Source: the human T2T-CHM13v2.0 reference genome, Homo sapiens
Assembly (NCBI RefSeq): GCF_009914755.1
Contig: NC_060933.1
Strand: one strand, 5' to 3'
Length of the DNA stretch: 64,000 bases
How positions within the stretch are numbered: position 1 is the stretch's first letter; each line of letters begins with the position of its first letter. Position numbers and translations under genes: made by a program. Positions 63,181 to 64,000 of this stretch are shown here, piece after piece. Below the pieces are notes generated by a model. It saw only the letters and a program-made list of their open reading frames with translations, had not been told where the DNA came from and ran no database searches.

Positions 63181-64000
63181 CCCTAGCCTCTCTGCCCATC
63201 GCATGGCATCACTCTCACAAACCCTGACTCAGGATGAACCTGCCTTTCTGCCTTCTTATGGCCTTTAACTAACTGGGGTGAGTGGTGTGACTGAACGAGC
63301 ATTCACCACAATCCACTTCAACAGGCTTCAAACACCACTGATAATCCTGATACAGAAGTCAGCATCTGCCACACATTCTCCCTATCAGCAGTGACCCAAG
63401 TGTTCAGTCCCAGCCAGTACCTCACTTCACTTATATTGAGTTTCCTTTAATGGGCCACTGTTGCTCTTTTCTCCCAATACTTGTGAGTCTGAGACACCCT
63501 AGTTTATCAAACATGTTCTAAATGGCACTGAAGCTCAAAGAGAAATGGTCTGGATGCCACTTCCCTTCTGCACAAATGGCTCTTTTATATCTCTATAAAT
63601 TTGCAAATGAAAAATAGATACTTCTAGAAGCAGGAGCAACCTCACTTATCAGACCATTGATAAGACAAACATAGTTACAACCATCCCCTGAACCATGCAT
63701 TGGGCACTTGCCTTATACCTGTTATCATGAGAGGTACTGTCCAAGTGGTTCATGCCAGAGAAAAAGAGAGTTTTCCCAATGTAAATGAAATTAACCTCTA
63801 AGGATTTAATACTTCTAGTAATTTCAAAATGATTTTAAAAAATTAAACTTCTTCTTTGCTCCTTAAATTTCCCTGTACCTCACACTATAAATGAGTGCAC
63901 AAGAAAGATAAAAAAAAAGATGGCACTAAAATTTTAGCTGTTATTTGGGAATGATGAAAACAGGAGTGATTTTTTAATTATTATTTTTACAAAGTAACAT

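Overview
Primate genomic DNA, probably human: it contains an AluYa5 with all five diagnostic bases. The window is AT-rich, dominated by repeats, and has no intact protein-coding gene. It holds three processed pseudogenes: SDR42E1-derived (split in two by an L1), ATP5F1A-derived (5'-truncated, inside that L1) and FKBP4-derived (inside an MST LTR). It also holds about 20 Alus, several L1s, a complete MaLR LTR-int-LTR element, solo LTRs, DNA-transposon relics, and MIR/L2 fragments. From memory only, this trio of pseudogenes resembles the duplicated blocks of pericentromeric chromosome 9; I could not verify that. I see no evidence of a new multi-gene system. The most notable local structures are: a 29-bp hairpin apparently made by template switching (10205-10284); a 187-bp duplication flanking a 57-bp orphan filler; a four-level nested insertion stack (30590-37735); an FKBP4 retrocopy placed co-directionally inside an LTR; and two probable deletion breakpoints. 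Repeat subfamily names are assigned by eye and need RepeatMasker/Dfam confirmation.
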